This document shows positions 24,783-38,917 of a stretch of 64,000 bases of DNA, one piece after another (positions within the stretch are counted from its first letter, which is position 1; every line of letters begins with the position of its first letter). The stretch lies in contig OX597842.1 of assembly GCA_951406725.2 (NCBI GenBank), positions 4,278,001 to 4,342,000 of the forward strand, in the 5' to 3' direction. The DNA is from Octopus vulgaris. Its lineage: Eukaryota. The notes below the pieces were generated by a model. It made no database searches. It had not been told where the DNA came from and worked only from the letters and a program-made list of their open reading frames with translations. The position numbers and the translations under genes are program-made.

Positions 24783-25170
24783 GGCGTAGGAGTGGCTGTG
24801 TTGTAAGTAGGTGGGCAATAAAGAAATAAGTAGCTTGCTTACCAACCACATGGTTTCGGGTTCAGTCCCACTGCGTGACATCTTGGGCAAGTGTCTTCTA
24901 CTATAGCCTTGGGCCCACCAAAGCCTTGTGAGTGGATTTGGTAGATGGAAACTGAAAGAAGCCCGTCGTGTGTGTCTGTGTTTGCCCCCCAACATCGCCT
25001 GACAACCGATGCTGGTGTGTTTACGTCCCCGTAACTTAGTGGTTCGGCAAAAGAGACTGATAGAATAAGTACTAGGCTTACAAGGAATAAGTCCTGGGGT
25101 CGATTTCTTCGACTAAAGGCGGTTCTTCAGCATGGCCACAGTCAACTGACTGAAACAAGTAAAAGAGTAG
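24783..25170 (+). mobile_element. SINE family A, full length
   Basis: Consensus match; the head carries a small insert of family-B tail (GTGGGCAATAAAGAAATA). Confidence 0.9.
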
Positions 25171-25437
25171 AATAAAAGTGTGGAAGCCCGTCGTGCATAT
25201 ATGCGCTGGTTTTTTTGCACACACACACACACACTGTCGATTTGTTTACGTAAACAAACCAACGTCCGTTGTGAAGCGAGTAAGAATACAAGCACATACG
25301 TTCGCGCGCATTCGACGGCCCTGTACACACTTTCCGTCGACCAAATTCACTCACTAGGTATTATTTGGACGTAGCAAGGAGTAGAATATATGTAGAGAAT
25401 CAACAGAAGCAGAGAGAGGTGGCGGAGTGAGAGATAG

Positions 25438-25833
25438 AATTGGATAGAAAACAAGAGATGTAGAAAAAATGAGAATAGTAATGCAAGGATGACCTCACTC
25501 TGTTCTTCATCTCCCCACCCCACTTCATCTTCTTCCTTTCCATCGCAATAAACATTCCAGCCCTTCTAGCTACGGGTTTCTCTCTTCATTTATTGGGCGA
25601 TTTTCACTGCCCCAGACCAAATATAAATGGGTAAATTTTTCCGTAATATTTACAGTTTGAAATGTCTTTACTGAGGAAGATATTGTATAAGAGATGAAGG
25701 GATAAGCTGAAACGTGCGTATAAAATCCATCCAAAGTAGTAGTATTTGATCTGACTTCATAATAATCATTATTATTGCGTATAGTTCTTATATTGAACTA
25801 AAGTTTTTCTCGCTTCTCGATCATATGTGTGTG

Positions 25834-25850
<17 letters not shown>
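25438..25850 (+). mobile_element. ~410-bp HHR-containing element, copy 1
   Basis: Direct repeat of 28825-29245; contains CTGAGGA (25671-25677)..GAAAC-GTGC-GTA (25709-25720) with stem I TTTA/TAAA; ends in (TATG)n. Confidence 0.75.
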
Positions 25851-25865
<15 letters not shown>

Positions 25866-26984
25866 TGTATGTATGTATGTATGTATGTATGTATGTATAC
25901 GTATGCTTTTACGTATATATGTGGGTGTTTTAATGTATGTAATGTCATTATATAAAAATTGCCTTTGTTTCTCTAAATGTGTATGTAGTGAATGCCCGTA
26001 GCTAACTGGCTAGGAGATACTCGCCTAAAGCTCGTAATGTTGTGGGTTCGATATTTGGCTGTTCTGTTGATCATGCCAACTGAAACAACACTCGTCGTCG
26101 TAACCGACGGAGTGCCGGTTGAATGTGTGTGTGGTTGCGTAGAGGGGACGTTCAAGCATTTCGTCTGTTTATCTTCATAAATGGTTCGAACATTAACAAT
26201 AAAGTCCGCCATAGTTTTGCTGTTGATGAATTAATAGGATGAATTGAAGACATGGCTGCCGTCTCACCTGTGTCCTGTCTTCACTCCACCTCACCCAAAT
26301 CTGATACTACTTTCACCCTCCTCATTCCTCTTACCGCTACTCCTATTGTTACCAATGCTGCTGATGCGAATTCCTTCCCGCTTCCCTTTCCCTCTCCCTC
26401 TGTTCACTCTCTCCTCTTACCGCTACCATACAATTCTTAACGTCGTTCCATTTATAATAATTCTCTTATGTCGTCTCGCGTCGTCTGCATCTACGACCCA
26501 CGCAAGATTTCTGCTTTGGATTACACTTTTCTGTTCTTTCTCTCACTTCTTTTTCTTTCTTCTACTTCTTCCCTCCAATTCTTTCTTCAACAAGATCGCC
26601 CTTCTTCCTCCTCTTCTTTTCTGCTTCATTCTTCCATTTCTTCCTTCTACTTCTCTCATCCTCATTTTTTCTCTTCTTCTTTGACCCCCATTTCCCTTCT
26701 TTTTTCTTCTATTATATTCTTTATCTTTCCTCCTTCTCCAACGTGATCTTTTCCCTTCTTCCCCTCCTTTTCGTTATAGAACTATATCTTGTACATAGTA
26801 TGGAGTGTGATGTGGTGCTATTTCTAGCTTTCCAAGGAGAACGAAGATACCCCTAGTTAGTCTTTCAACCTTCAAGAAACAGCAGCCAATTCTTCTCAAG
26901 TTCCTTACCCTACCGACCAGGGTTCTCTTCTGACGTTCTTCATCGTAAGTTCGCCGGATCTGGGATGGTCTATAGACCTACCAA

Positions 26985-27262
26985 CCATAGCCACTAATAC
27001 TAACTACTGTATGTAGTCCTCGATACACTATGTCTGAATATAAGATGGGATGGTCACAGCTGGAATAGCTTTAATCATTGGTCTGACCTGGAGCTAAACA
27101 ATAACGACTATAGCCACTAATACTAATTACTGTACTAGATACATTTGATAATAGATTCCTAGATACACTGTGTCTGAATTAAAGATGAGGCAGTCACAAC
27201 TGGAACATCTTTGATCATAGGTCTGTCTGGATCAAGACTGACCCGGGGCTAAACTACTACTA
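26985..27262 (+). repeat. ~140-bp repeat, cluster 1 (2 units)
   Basis: Unit TATAGCCACTAATACTAACTACT..TAGTCCTAGATACACTATGTCTGAAT..GATGGGATGGTCACAGCTGGAA..TTTGATCATAGGTCTG..CTGACCTGGGGCTAAAC. Confidence 0.85.
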
Positions 27263-27715
27263 CTATGAAACAAGACGATCTAGTAAATGAGAGAAAAAGA
27301 ATGTGAGCGGGTATCGGGTAGCAAGGGGGTGTGTGTTAAGGATTTGTCTCTGATGAAACGGAATAAGAAAAAAAAAAGAAACAGAAACCTAAAAAAAGGG
27401 ACGCCGGGTGGACAGCTGTATGATAATGAAGGGTTCAATGTGGGGTGGATCGAGGTCAAGATTTCATTTGTGACGTCATCGTTGCTTCGCATGGCCGCAC
27501 ACTGGTGTACTTCGTAATTCTTGAGCCTGGATCTTTTGTTTGGCCTGTGTCATGTGTGTGAGACAGTCACTCGTCTGTGACCTGGGGGCGAACATGGAAC
27601 GAAAATATTGGCATTGGCGGGTGTAGGGGTCGGTGAGAGGTGGCGGTTGTGTGTGCGTGTGTGTGACTTTTATGATGATATATTTATGTCGAGATGCGTG
27701 AACGCGTATGTATGT

Positions 27716-27763
<48 letters not shown>

Positions 27764-28090
27764 GTATATGTATATATATGTATGTATATGTATATATATG
27801 TATGTATATATATATGTATGTATATGTATATATATATGTATATATATGTATGTATATGTATATATATGTATGTATATGTATATATATATGTATGTATATG
27901 TATATATATATGTATGTATATGTATATATATATGTATGTATATGTATATATATATGTATGTATATGTATATATATGTATGTATATGTATGTATATGTATA
28001 TATATGTATGTATATGTATATATATGTATATGTATATATATATATATGAATGCATACGTATATACGTATGCATGAATTTTTGTATGTATT

Positions 28091-28124
<34 letters not shown>

Positions 28125-28725
28125 CCTCCCTCCCTATCTCTCTCTCTCTCTCTCTCTCCACACACAACGCCAGAAAATATGTAGAAAAACACGTGCATAA
28201 ACACGAATATAAACACATATATATACACAATTTGTGTGCTTATACGCACGCGCACGCGTGTGTATGTGTATGTGTGTATGTGTGTGCGTGTGTACCAGTT
28301 TGTTTCCGTGTGTGTGTGTGTGTGTGTGTAGTGTTGCTGTTGGTGATATCGGTGGATATGGGAGTAACCAAAGACCTGGCGGAGACGGCGACGGCTGCAG
28401 GACTGATATGATGTCTTCTCCAGCCAAACTACTCTTCAACGCCGTCTTCGGCCAAGCGTGACTGATGGTGTGACGTTTGAATTATGTTAAATAGATTTGT
28501 TTCCTGGGATGGGCGGGTGTAGGTCACTATGGGATTGGCGAGGATGTGGAGGTGAGAGGGTGGGAAGGGGCTGTAATGAAGATGGGAAGGAGAGGGTGTA
28601 CGGGTGGTGGTGGTGGTGGTGGTGGGGGATAAGAATTGTAGCGGTGATGGCCGCCAGGTGGCAGAAAGAACTATGTCAGAGAGAGAAGTGGGACTCAAGA
28701 TCGTAGGAAGTACCAAAGAGTATAT

Positions 28726-28775
<50 letters not shown>

Positions 28776-28824
28776 ATCCTTGTGGTTTTCGTCACTGCTT
28801 GTCGAAATCTAAAAAAATATTCTC

Positions 28825-29245
28825 AATTGGATAGAAAACAAGAGATGTACAAGAAATGAGAATAGTAGTGCAAGGATGACGTCACTCTGCTCTTCATCTC
28901 CCCACCCCACTTCCTCTTCTTCCTTTCCATGGCAATAGATATCCCACCCCTTCTAGCTACGGGCTCCTCTCCTCGTCTATTGGGCGATTTTCACTGCCCC
29001 AGACCAAATATAAATGGTAAATTTTTCCGTAACATTTACAGTTTGAAATGTCTTTACTGAGGAAGATATTGTATAAGAGATGAAGGGATAAGCTGAAACG
29101 TGCGTATAAAATCCACCCAAAGTAGTAGTATTTGATCTGACTTCATAATAATCATTATTATTATTGCGTATAGTTCTTTTATTGAACTAAAGTTTTTCTC
29201 GCTTCTCGATCATATGTGTGTGTATATGTATGTATGTATGTATGT
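28825..29245 (+). mobile_element. ~410-bp HHR-containing element, copy 2
   Basis: Same start (AATTGGATAGAAAACAAGAGATGTA) and end as 25438-25850; CTGAGGA 29057-29063, GAAAC-GTGC-GTA 29095-29106. Confidence 0.75.
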
Positions 29246-29503
29246 ATGCATGCATGTATGTATATATAACATAGATGTAATTTTTGACGCTAAATCCGAA
29301 TTTGTCATTCATTTATTCCAGAAAATTTTTTGCGTAAAATGTTACAGGCGTTTAAAGTTTGATCATTTTCAGAATTTTCTGCCAATCAGAAAAAAGCGCG
29401 TTCGCTGCCTCTTCCATCATCAGAGAGTGTGGGGGTGGGGTCACTGGCATATCTAAACATTAAATTAGCTACAGGCAACCAGAGATCTGTGTGTGTATGC
29501 ATG

Positions 29504-29900
29504 CAGTAATCACTCACCATATCGCGGTTCACCTATCGCGCCCTCGGTACATCGCAGATTTTTCTCGCTGATATATGTAAATTTATAACGCGGACTACTC
29601 AGTATTTCGCGGGTTTCTACGGCCGATAGGTCTTTATATTTTCCTAGATTTTAATTATTTTGGGGGGAAAAATATTTTCAATTAAGAAAATAGAAAAAAT
29701 AGAGTACAGTACTGCACTGTATAAGACATTAATTAAAATATATTAAAAGAAAATGTGTAGTGTACCGTAGATGAGTAAACAAAGAATCGCACATACTGTA
29801 TGGAAAAGGAAACTTGGGAGGCGAGTGTGGGGTGAGGTTTTGCATTTATAATAAAATAAATATATATAAATTATAGAAATAAAAAATATATACAGTACAC
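29504..29900 (+). mobile_element. pogo/Tigger-like DNA transposon left end (truncated)
   Basis: CAGTAATCACTCACCATATCGCGGTTCACCTATCGCG resembles Tigger-type TIRs (CAGT..CCTC..TATCGCGG); no right TIR found. Confidence 0.45.
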
Positions 29901-29911
29901 ATATGTGTGTG

Positions 29912-30147
29912 TGGAGGCGCGTGGCTTAGTGGTTAGGGCGTCAGCACCATGATCGTAAGATTGTGGTTTCGACTCCTGGACCGGGCGACGCGTTGTGTTC
30001 TTGAGCAAAACACTTCATTTCACGTTTGCTCCAGTCCACTCAGCTGGCAAAAATGAGTAACGCTGCGATGGACTGGTGTCCCGTCCAACTTGGGAACATA
30101 TAAGCCATGGAAAACGGGCCCATGAGCCTGGCTAGGCTTTAGAAAGG

Positions 30148-30151
<4 letters not shown>
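29912..30151 (+). mobile_element. tRNA-derived SINE, family C variant
   Basis: GGAGGCGCGTGGCTTAGTGGTTAGGG..GGTTTCGACTCC..CTTGAGCAAAACACTTCATTTCACG; 3' part differs from the 16071 copy. Confidence 0.85.
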
Positions 30152-30201
<50 letters not shown>

Positions 30202-30214
30202 ATGTTAATATTAA

Positions 30215-31465
30215 AACAATATTAATGTCCAACAAGAATAAAGCACCATATATATACAAAGGATGTGAACGAAGTCGATCCTCAACATATACTCTCGACA
30301 TAACCTTTACTGCTTCTGACATCATAGAAGCAATAAATGAGGTCAAATACTAGTGTCCTGATAGAATATAGACACCAACTTGCAGTCCCTCTAACCAACC
30401 TCTGAAGAAATCCTTAAAACTCGGGTTATATACCAAAACAGCTCTTATCCCAGTCTGTCATCCCGGTTTTCAAACAGGGAAACAGATTCCTTACTCTCAA
30501 CTATCGCCCAATCTCACTCACCTCCCATATCATCAAAGTGTTTGAAAGAGTGTTAAGCTCAAGAATAGCTGACTTCCTAGATACCCACAATCTTTTAAAT
30601 TCAAACCAGCACGGCTTTCGCTGTGGCAAGGACTGTCAAACACAGACAGCTCTTACATCACATCGATGATGTCCTTAAAGCCTTGGGATCAGGTTCGAAC
30701 TTTGATGTCATATGCCTTAGTAAAGCGTTCGACAGAGTCGACCACAATATTCTACTGTTAAAGTCGTTAAATACTGGATTCCATGGTCAACTACTACACT
30801 GGATTGAGTATTTCCTGGAGAAAAGAACACATATTATTATTGGTGGAATCCACTCAAGCCCAGCAAAAGTTACTAGTGGTGTCCCTCAGGGGACTGTCTT
30901 GGGCCCGCTTTTGTTTATAGTCTAATATATACGACGTTTCAAGCGTCATCAAACACAGCAAAGTGAAAATATTCGCTGATGACTCCGAGCTCCAAAAAAT
31001 TACAAACGGAGAAGACCGAACTGAACTCCCGTCTGATCTACAAGCTGTAAGTCAATGGGTAGCCAAAAGCAAAATGCGACTAAACGAGGGAAAATTTGAA
31101 CTGATGCATTTTGGGGGAAAAAAAAAGACTATACTAAAACAACCATATTCTTTACCTGCAAGGGAAGCACTCACAGCATCTAACAATATCAGAGACCTAG
31201 GTGTAATTGTAGACAACAATCTCCGCTGAAGTATTCACATCAACAATAAGATCGATATGAGCTCCTGGATTCTAAGAAGTTTCCGGTCCAGAGAACAATG
31301 TGTCATCAGTTCTCTTTTCTCCTGCTTTGAACGGCCACACTTTGAATATTGCTGCCCCTTGTGGTCTCCCCACACAAAGCAAAATATTTCGAAAATTGAA
31401 TCACCTCAGAGAGCATTCACTAAACGAATTAAGGGCGTGACTGATCTAGATTATTGAAACCGTCC
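30215..31465 (+). pseudogene. Decayed CR1-clade LINE reverse transcriptase
   Basis: RT motifs across frames: YRPISLTSHIIKVFER, QHGFR, LSKAFDRVDH, SGVPQGTVLGPLLF, FADD, DLGVIVDNNL, RPHFEYCCPLWSP, IESPQRAFTKRI; multiple stops and frameshifts. Confidence 0.92.
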
Positions 31466-32477
31466 TTATGTTTATTCGTACATATACACATACCCGTATT
31501 ACGTATACTCGACACTTCTCTAGCTCTTTCTACCTCGTGCATTAGCATACCCACATGCATACATACAGGCACACGTTAAAACTAATAAGGTCCACCCAGG
31601 ACTATCATGAAAGCTACTTGCCCAATGTGCTACGCAGTGGGACTGAATCCCACTCAGTCACACTACGCCTGAATAAATACACACACGAACGTGCTCAACA
31701 AATAGCTGCTGAATTCTCCCTCAAACCACACCCTACTGTCTTAAGAAAGGATTTGTTGGATAAGGTGATTGTGGGATCCTTGGAAATAGGAACCAACGGG
31801 ATTGTCACGGCCTTTGATCTTTGGATCACAGTTGACAAGAAGTTCAACTGCTGCACCCCCCCCCTGAGCCACTACTACGGCAACTACTATCATGCCTACA
31901 GCTGCAGCCAATACTGTAACTACTACCAGAGCACCACTAAATGAACTACAGCCAATACAACACCATACATTCAACGCCACCACAACTACTGCAACGTCAA
32001 ACACCACCACGACAACCACCATCACCGCTACCACTACTATCACCACCTCAACTGCCACTACCACTACCACCATCTAACTAGCTCCACCACAACAATCACC
32101 ACCGCTATCACCACTACCAGCGTTACTACCACTACGACAACCATCACCATCACCGCTACCACCACAACTACCACCACTATCACAACAACCGCCACCACCA
32201 CTACCACTAGTGTCACCACTACTACTACCATCACCACCACCACCACGAATAATAATAACACTAAATATTCTCAAAAAACTGATTCTGTCATAAACGAAAT
32301 GAAAGGAAACAGCCAAAAAAATTAGTTTTGTTGGAAGATAATGGATACAAGACTGGTATGTGTGTATATATGTGTGTGTACATGTATATGTTTGTGTGTA
32401 TGCGTACTCATGTGCGCGTGCGTGTCTGTGTGTGCATGTATATGTTTGTGTGTATGTGTGCTTACATATGTGTGTGC

Positions 32478-32518
<41 letters not shown>

Positions 32519-32752
32519 GTATATTGGTATATATGCATATACACATATATATATACTCACATATACAGTATACATACACACAAACATCTGTCTATATAAA
32601 GGTGCGGGTATATATGTGTTTGTGTGTGTGCGTATATATATATATGTATATTTGTACATATGCATATACACACATATATATATACTCACATATACAGAAT
32701 ACATACACACAAACATCTGTCTGTATAAAGGTGTGGGTATGTATGTGTGTGC

Positions 32753-32791
<39 letters not shown>

Positions 32792-33253
32792 CACACACAC
32801 ACATACATACGATGTGACTATAGACATCCTTTATCTCTCTTTGTCACACACACAAACATATTTCTATACATGTATACACTTTCATTCACCAAGAGTCCTT
32901 TTGTGACATAAACAGTGCGCATTGCTGGTTTATATATATGTATATATATATATAAAAGACCTTTAGATGCATCCACATCTACATACATTTCGTTCTCCTC
33001 CTATTCTTGCTGTAACATCTCCGAGCACAACGGCAACGAAGCCCTCCAACAACAACAGCAGCAGCAACAATTAAATATATAATTACAAACACTATCAGCT
33101 CAATAACCAATAGAAGTTGTTTATAGATGACCTCTTGATATTTGTACAGATTCTGGTGGCCAAGAAAAAAAACACCATCGTAAACCACGTTAAAAAACAC
33201 GAAACTTCCTGAGTCTTTTGTGTTTAGCGTTCCATCAGTAATGAGATCTGCGG

Positions 33254-33285
<32 letters not shown>

Positions 33286-33514
33286 ATACATACACACACA
33301 CACAACACGTTAAAATACAAGCACATTCATCTCCTGTATGTAAGTATGTATATGTGTGTGTCTTTGTTAATCTCACATATACACGAGTATATATACATGT
33401 GAATACACACACACACACATATATAGGAACATATATTTATATGTGTATAGATATATATATATACACGCGCGCGCATATATATATATACATATACATATAT
33501 ATATATATATACAT

Positions 33515-33588
<74 letters not shown>

Positions 33589-33889
33589 ATGAGGGAGATA
33601 AATTTAATATTAATTTAATTAATATCAATTTAAAACCAGTAGCCTAGCATACAAAAATCTGAAGAATCAGAGAAAATTCTAATGCATGTGTATATTTAAA
33701 GGGCTAACCACATAGTGGTTTTTTAGCCATTTAAATATACACATACACATATATATATATATATATACATATACACACTCACACATTTTATTTTAATTTT
33801 GAAGATATTTCCTTCGTTTTGCTGTTTTTCATTCTACGAAATGAGAAGATGCATTGCGGAACTGTTACTTGAACGAGTTGTATCTATTT

Positions 33890-33991
33890 ATCACCCGATA
33901 AGACACATCTGCACCGCCGGATGCTCCTAAACCAGTTGGTAAGTATCCCACCCGTGATTGATGCTCGATGTGCCGAAACAGTTGTCGTGAT
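33890..33991 (+). ncRNA. Degenerate hammerhead motif
   Basis: Stem I ATCAC/GTGAT, mutated core CCGATAA, stem II CACATC/GATGTG, GAAAC-AGTT-GTC. Confidence 0.55.
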
Positions 33992-34098
33992 TAATAACAA
34001 AAATTCTCGTATGTTCCATCTTTCGTCTTTCATTTACCACATATATATATATACATACATACATACATACATACATACATACATACATACACACACAC

Positions 34099-34565
34099 AT
34101 AGTTTATATCCAGTTAAAGGAAGAAAAAAAAATGGAGATAAGAAAGTTAACAATTATTTATTAACAAATTGGTCATTTTCGCTTCTTCAATTAATTAATT
34201 AATACTCAATAATTTAATTATAAATTTATACATTTATACATGAAATTTGTATTTTTGTAACATGAACTTAATTTCATCAGAGGAAAAAAATACGTACCTT
34301 GGGATGTTATATGTGGACCTATCAATTCATTTCAGCAGACTCGATAGGTCCATATATAGCATCCCAAGCTACATCTTTCTTTCTTCTGATGAAATTATGC
34401 TCATGTCACTTAAATACGAATTTAATGCACAGATTTGTAAATTACATTATTGAGTATTAATTGAAACGGCTGTAAGAAGTGAAGATGACCAATTTGTTAA
34501 TAATATATAATTATCAACATCCTACTTTCGATTTTCTTTTCTACTTTTAACTGGATATAAATTAT
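34099..34565. repeat. Long fold-back inverted repeat (~225-bp arms) containing a hammerhead motif
   Basis: 34099-34324 mirrors 34342-34565; the right arm has CTGATGA 34386-34392 and GAAAC-GGCT-GTA 34463-34474; the left arm keeps TCATCAG but has lost the GAAAC half. Confidence 0.85.
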
Positions 34566-34684
34566 ATGCTTAATATATACCTATTGTTTTAAGGGAATTT
34601 CATTCCCCAACAATACTAGGTATTGAACCAGTATTTCCATGGATGCAACCATCCCTTCACGAGGTTAACATATCCTCTAATTAT

Positions 34685-35287
34685 ATGTGTGTGTATATTT
34701 GTGTCTGTGTTTGTCCCCCGTCCATCGCTTGACAACCAACGTTGGTGTGTTTACGTCACCAAAAATTACCGGTTTGGCAAAAGAGGCCGGTAGAAATAAG
34801 GACTAAGCTTACAAAGAATAAGTTCTGGGGTCGATTTCTTCTACTAAAGGTGGTGCTCCAGCATGGCCACAGAAAATGACTGAAACAAGTAAAAGAATAA
34901 AAGAATATATATACATACCACATGGTTCCGGGTTCAGTCCCACTGCGTGGCACCTCGGGCAAGTGTCTTCTGCTATAGCCTCGGGCCGATCAATGCCTTG
35001 TGAGTGGATTTGGTAGACGGAAACTGAAAGAAGCCTGTCGTATATATGTATATATATATATATGCATGTGTGTGTGTTTGTGTGTCTGTGTTTGTCCTCC
35101 TAGCATTGCTTGACAACCGATGCTGGTGTGTTTACGTCCCCGTCACTTAGCGGTTCGGCAAAAGAGACCGATAGAATAAGTACTGGGCTTACAAAGAATA
35201 AGTCCCGGGGTCGATTTGCTCGACTAAAGGTGGTACTCCAGCATGGCCGCAGTCAAATGACTGAAACAAGTAAAAGAGTAAAAGAGT
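34685..35287 (+). mobile_element. Two tandem SINE family A copies (3' half plus a 5'-truncated copy)
   Basis: Match to the family A consensus. Confidence 0.88.
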
Positions 35288-35449
35288 ATACATATATACA
35301 TACAGAAGATGAAGAAAAAATATATACGCATATGTGCATATATTTTCTTTTATATATATATATATATGGATGGATGATAGGTTTTATTCGCACATCAGCA
35401 GATAATCGTCTTTGACCATCCCATCTTTCACTCATCATCATGTATCTAC

Positions 35450-36450
35450 ATCATTTGATATATCGTGCAGTAGTTGATCTGATTAGCTATAAGTTCTTTC
35501 GTTTCAAGTCTAAACAGCATACAACACATTAAATAGTGTAGTCCTTTGTCTGAATTATATGAGCTGGAACATTTTGATCCCATGTCTGCTGTGTCAGCGC
35601 TGACGCAGATCTAAACTACAGCAAATACAGGCATTAATGTTATCATTCTATTCATTAGGTAATGTAGTCTTAGATACACTATGTCTGAATAACAAATGGG
35701 ATGGTCACGGCTGGAAGACCATTGATCATATGTCAACTGGTTCAGCACTGCCCCGAGACAGAACAACAGCTATAGTCACTAATATTAACTACTCTACTAT
35801 ACATCAGACTATGTAATCCTAGATACAATGTTTGAAGAAAAGATGTGATGGTCACAGCTGGAACATCTTTGATCAATAGTCTGCCGGATCAGCACTGACC
35901 TGGGGCTAATCCACAACCATAACCGCTATTTCTCTTATTCTATACATTAGATAATGTAGTCTAAATAACTGATGGGATGGTCACGGCTTGAACGTTTTTG
36001 TTCATAAGTCTGCTGGATCAGGACTGACCTGGGGCTAAACAACCACCACTGTAGCCACTGATACTTACCACTATACATTTTAATGTAGTTCTTGATACAT
36101 CATGTCTGAATCAAAGATGGGACGGTCACAAATGGAGCGTCTTTGATTGATCATAGCCGTTAATACAAACTACGTTACGTTAGATAATGTAGCTCTAGAT
36201 AGTCTCTCTGAATCAAAGACGGGATGGACACAGATGGAACGTCTTTGATGACAGGGTCAAAAGGATGCAGACAGACCAGGGACGGTCACAAATGGAGCGT
36301 CTTTGATTGATCACAGCCGTTAATACAAACTACGTTACGTTAGATAATGCGGCTCTAGATAGTCTATCTGAATCAAAGACGGGATGGACACAGATGGAAC
36401 GTCTTTGATGACAGGGTCAAAAGGATGTAGAGAGACCAGCGGCTAAACTC
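35450..36450 (+). repeat. ~140-bp repeat, cluster 2 (~7-8 units)
   Basis: Same unit as 26985; includes a recent near-exact duplication, 36120-36268 versus 36280-36428. Confidence 0.88.
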
Positions 36451-37333
36451 ACACCATCACCACCGCGTACAGCATTTCCCCTCCATCCTTTCTCTTTGTC
36501 TTCTCCATCACACACACACACACACACACACTCATCATCGCCAATACCCGCAGTTCCACCACGAAACCACCCTGGCATCTACCCGGTACCCACCCGTCAC
36601 CCGAAGTCAGTGGGTTCAAGCTGTGAAACGAAGCCACTGTAAAGAAACTATACACTCGCTCCTGCACCGGTTCACTCTGCGTGTGTATATGTGTGCGCGT
36701 GCGCGCGTGTGTTCGCGCACGTGTGCGTATGTCTCTCTCCCTCCCTCTCTCTCTCTCCCTCTCCCTCCCTCTCTCTCCCTCCCTATCTCTCCCTCTCTTT
36801 CTCTCTCCCTCCCTCTCTCTTTCACTCTCTCTCTTTCTCTCTCTCCTCTCTCTCCTTCTCTCTCCTTCCCTCTCTCTCTTCCTCTCTCTCTCCTTCTCTC
36901 TCTCTCTACACACGCACATAAATTCCGTATTGCACCAATTCACATTGTTGTTTGATGTGTGTATATGTCTGTGTATATACGTCTCTGTGTATGTGTGTGT
37001 ACATGTTCGTCTGTATGGTGTCTATCCTGTATGTGTGTATTTTTGTGGCTATCAAAGTGTGTGTGTGTGTGTGTACATACATACCTGCGAGCATAAACAC
37101 ACGTACATGTAGAAATATGTGTGTTTGTCTATGCAAACATACCTGTGCGCTTAAACACACACGTACATGTAGAAGTGTGCGTATATGTACGTATGTATGT
37201 ATGTATGTACGTATGTATGTATGTGTGTGTGTGTGTGTATAATATGTGTGCTGTATATGCGTGCAACTGTAAATATAGTTGAACCGATGCACGATTTCCC
37301 CTCCAACCCCAACTCCTCATTTGCACACGCAAA

Positions 37334-37370
<37 letters not shown>

Positions 37371-37453
37371 CACATGTATTATACATATGTGCATATGCTG
37401 AAATAGGATATGAATATACACGTATTTGTACAAACACTTGTTTTTATATTCTG

Positions 37454-37497
<44 letters not shown>

Positions 37498-37545
37498 TGC
37501 AAATTTGCCAAAATCTGATAATATGTCTGTATATATATTGTGCAC

Positions 37546-37576
<31 letters not shown>

Positions 37577-38917
37577 AACTTATATACACACGTCTATATG
37601 TTTTTAAGTACGTATATACATTTATAAACACTCTGTGGGTGCATGTTATTTTTTTTTAGCTGAGCACTCTGTACACCCGTATTGATTTCTATGTACCCTC
37701 TGTTTCTTTCAACCCCAGCTACCCGTCGCTTCCCGCCTTTTGTGTCTCTCTCTTCCTGTCTGTCTCGACGTCTGAATCACTCCGTCTCTGTGTGAACTTC
37801 CGTGCGTGCGCGCTCCTGTGCGTGCATGTGTGTGTATGTGTGTGTGTGTGTGTGTTGCTAGATATAGCAATGTCAGAAATCTCGAAATAAAACCGTAAAT
37901 TCTCTCTTTCACACGTACGTAGATATATCGCATTTATGTTTGTAGCCAAACACATATGACCCTAACAATGTGTATTTTAATATGTTTAATAACTTAGTGC
38001 TCAATAACTTATAAGAAAATAGTTGGGGCTATGACCAATGTCTCTGTTACCTCTGCGTCTCTTTTTCAATGTCCCTGCCTCTCTCTCCTGCACACAATTG
38101 AGTATGATTTAGTAAGATGTACTTTTTTTTTCTCTAATAGTTTTAGGTGCCTCTGTATTCACGAGTAGATATTAGACATCCCCTCGCCTTATCAGCTGAG
38201 AGATTTTAAAGATCGATGAAAAGATCAATGATTTATCCATTTACTCTTTGCTCTGAGTTCTTATCTGTTATAAAAAAAATTTTGTTACTTTTACCAAATC
38301 TGCGAAGAGAGAGTGGACGCCGCTGGGAATCGAGCACTAAATGAAATTTGACAGCATCTGGTGTTGCTTTAATAGACATAAAACATTGTATAACATTGTA
38401 CAAGAGTTTATTGATTGAACGACAATTGCTTGTTTACATAATCATGTTCAATACAGAATATCAATAAGCTATTTGCATTACATGATATTGCAGGGAGATA
38501 TAGTTTCAGAAAGGTCATCGTGTATGTTTGTTTTTTGTTTTTGTTTAATTGCCGCCTTTCATAAGTCTGCCATCACTGGGGACACTTTATGAGTATCTCC
38601 ATTAATAAGCGCAGATGTGGCTGTGAGGTAAGAAGTTTGCCTCCCAACCTCATGGTTTCGGGTTCAGTCTCACTGAGTAGCATGAGTGGATTTGGTAAGC
38701 GGAAACAGAAAGAAGTCTGCCATGTGTGTGTGTGTGACGTTTCGAGCCTACGCTCTTCTATAGAAAAGAATGAGGGTAAAAAGAAATGTAGAAAATATAA
38801 CGGAGAAAGGAAAAGATTATATATATATATATATATATATATTGTACTATTCCGTGATGGTAACCATCAACCAAAAAAGTACTTTATCTGATTTAATACA
38901 CACAACATGTATTTTAT

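Noticed and set aside
27476-28255. 259-aa minus-strand ORF
   Set aside because: Mostly (TA)/(TATG)n. The unique tail has no recognisable protein features.
32531-32760. ~125-bp local tandem duplication
   Set aside because: Slippage duplication within TA/CA microsatellite; unremarkable.
35450-36450. Repeat-spacer (CRISPR-like) appearance of the 140-bp clusters
   Set aside because: The whole unit is repeated and diverged, there are no unique spacers or cas genes, and the context is eukaryotic.
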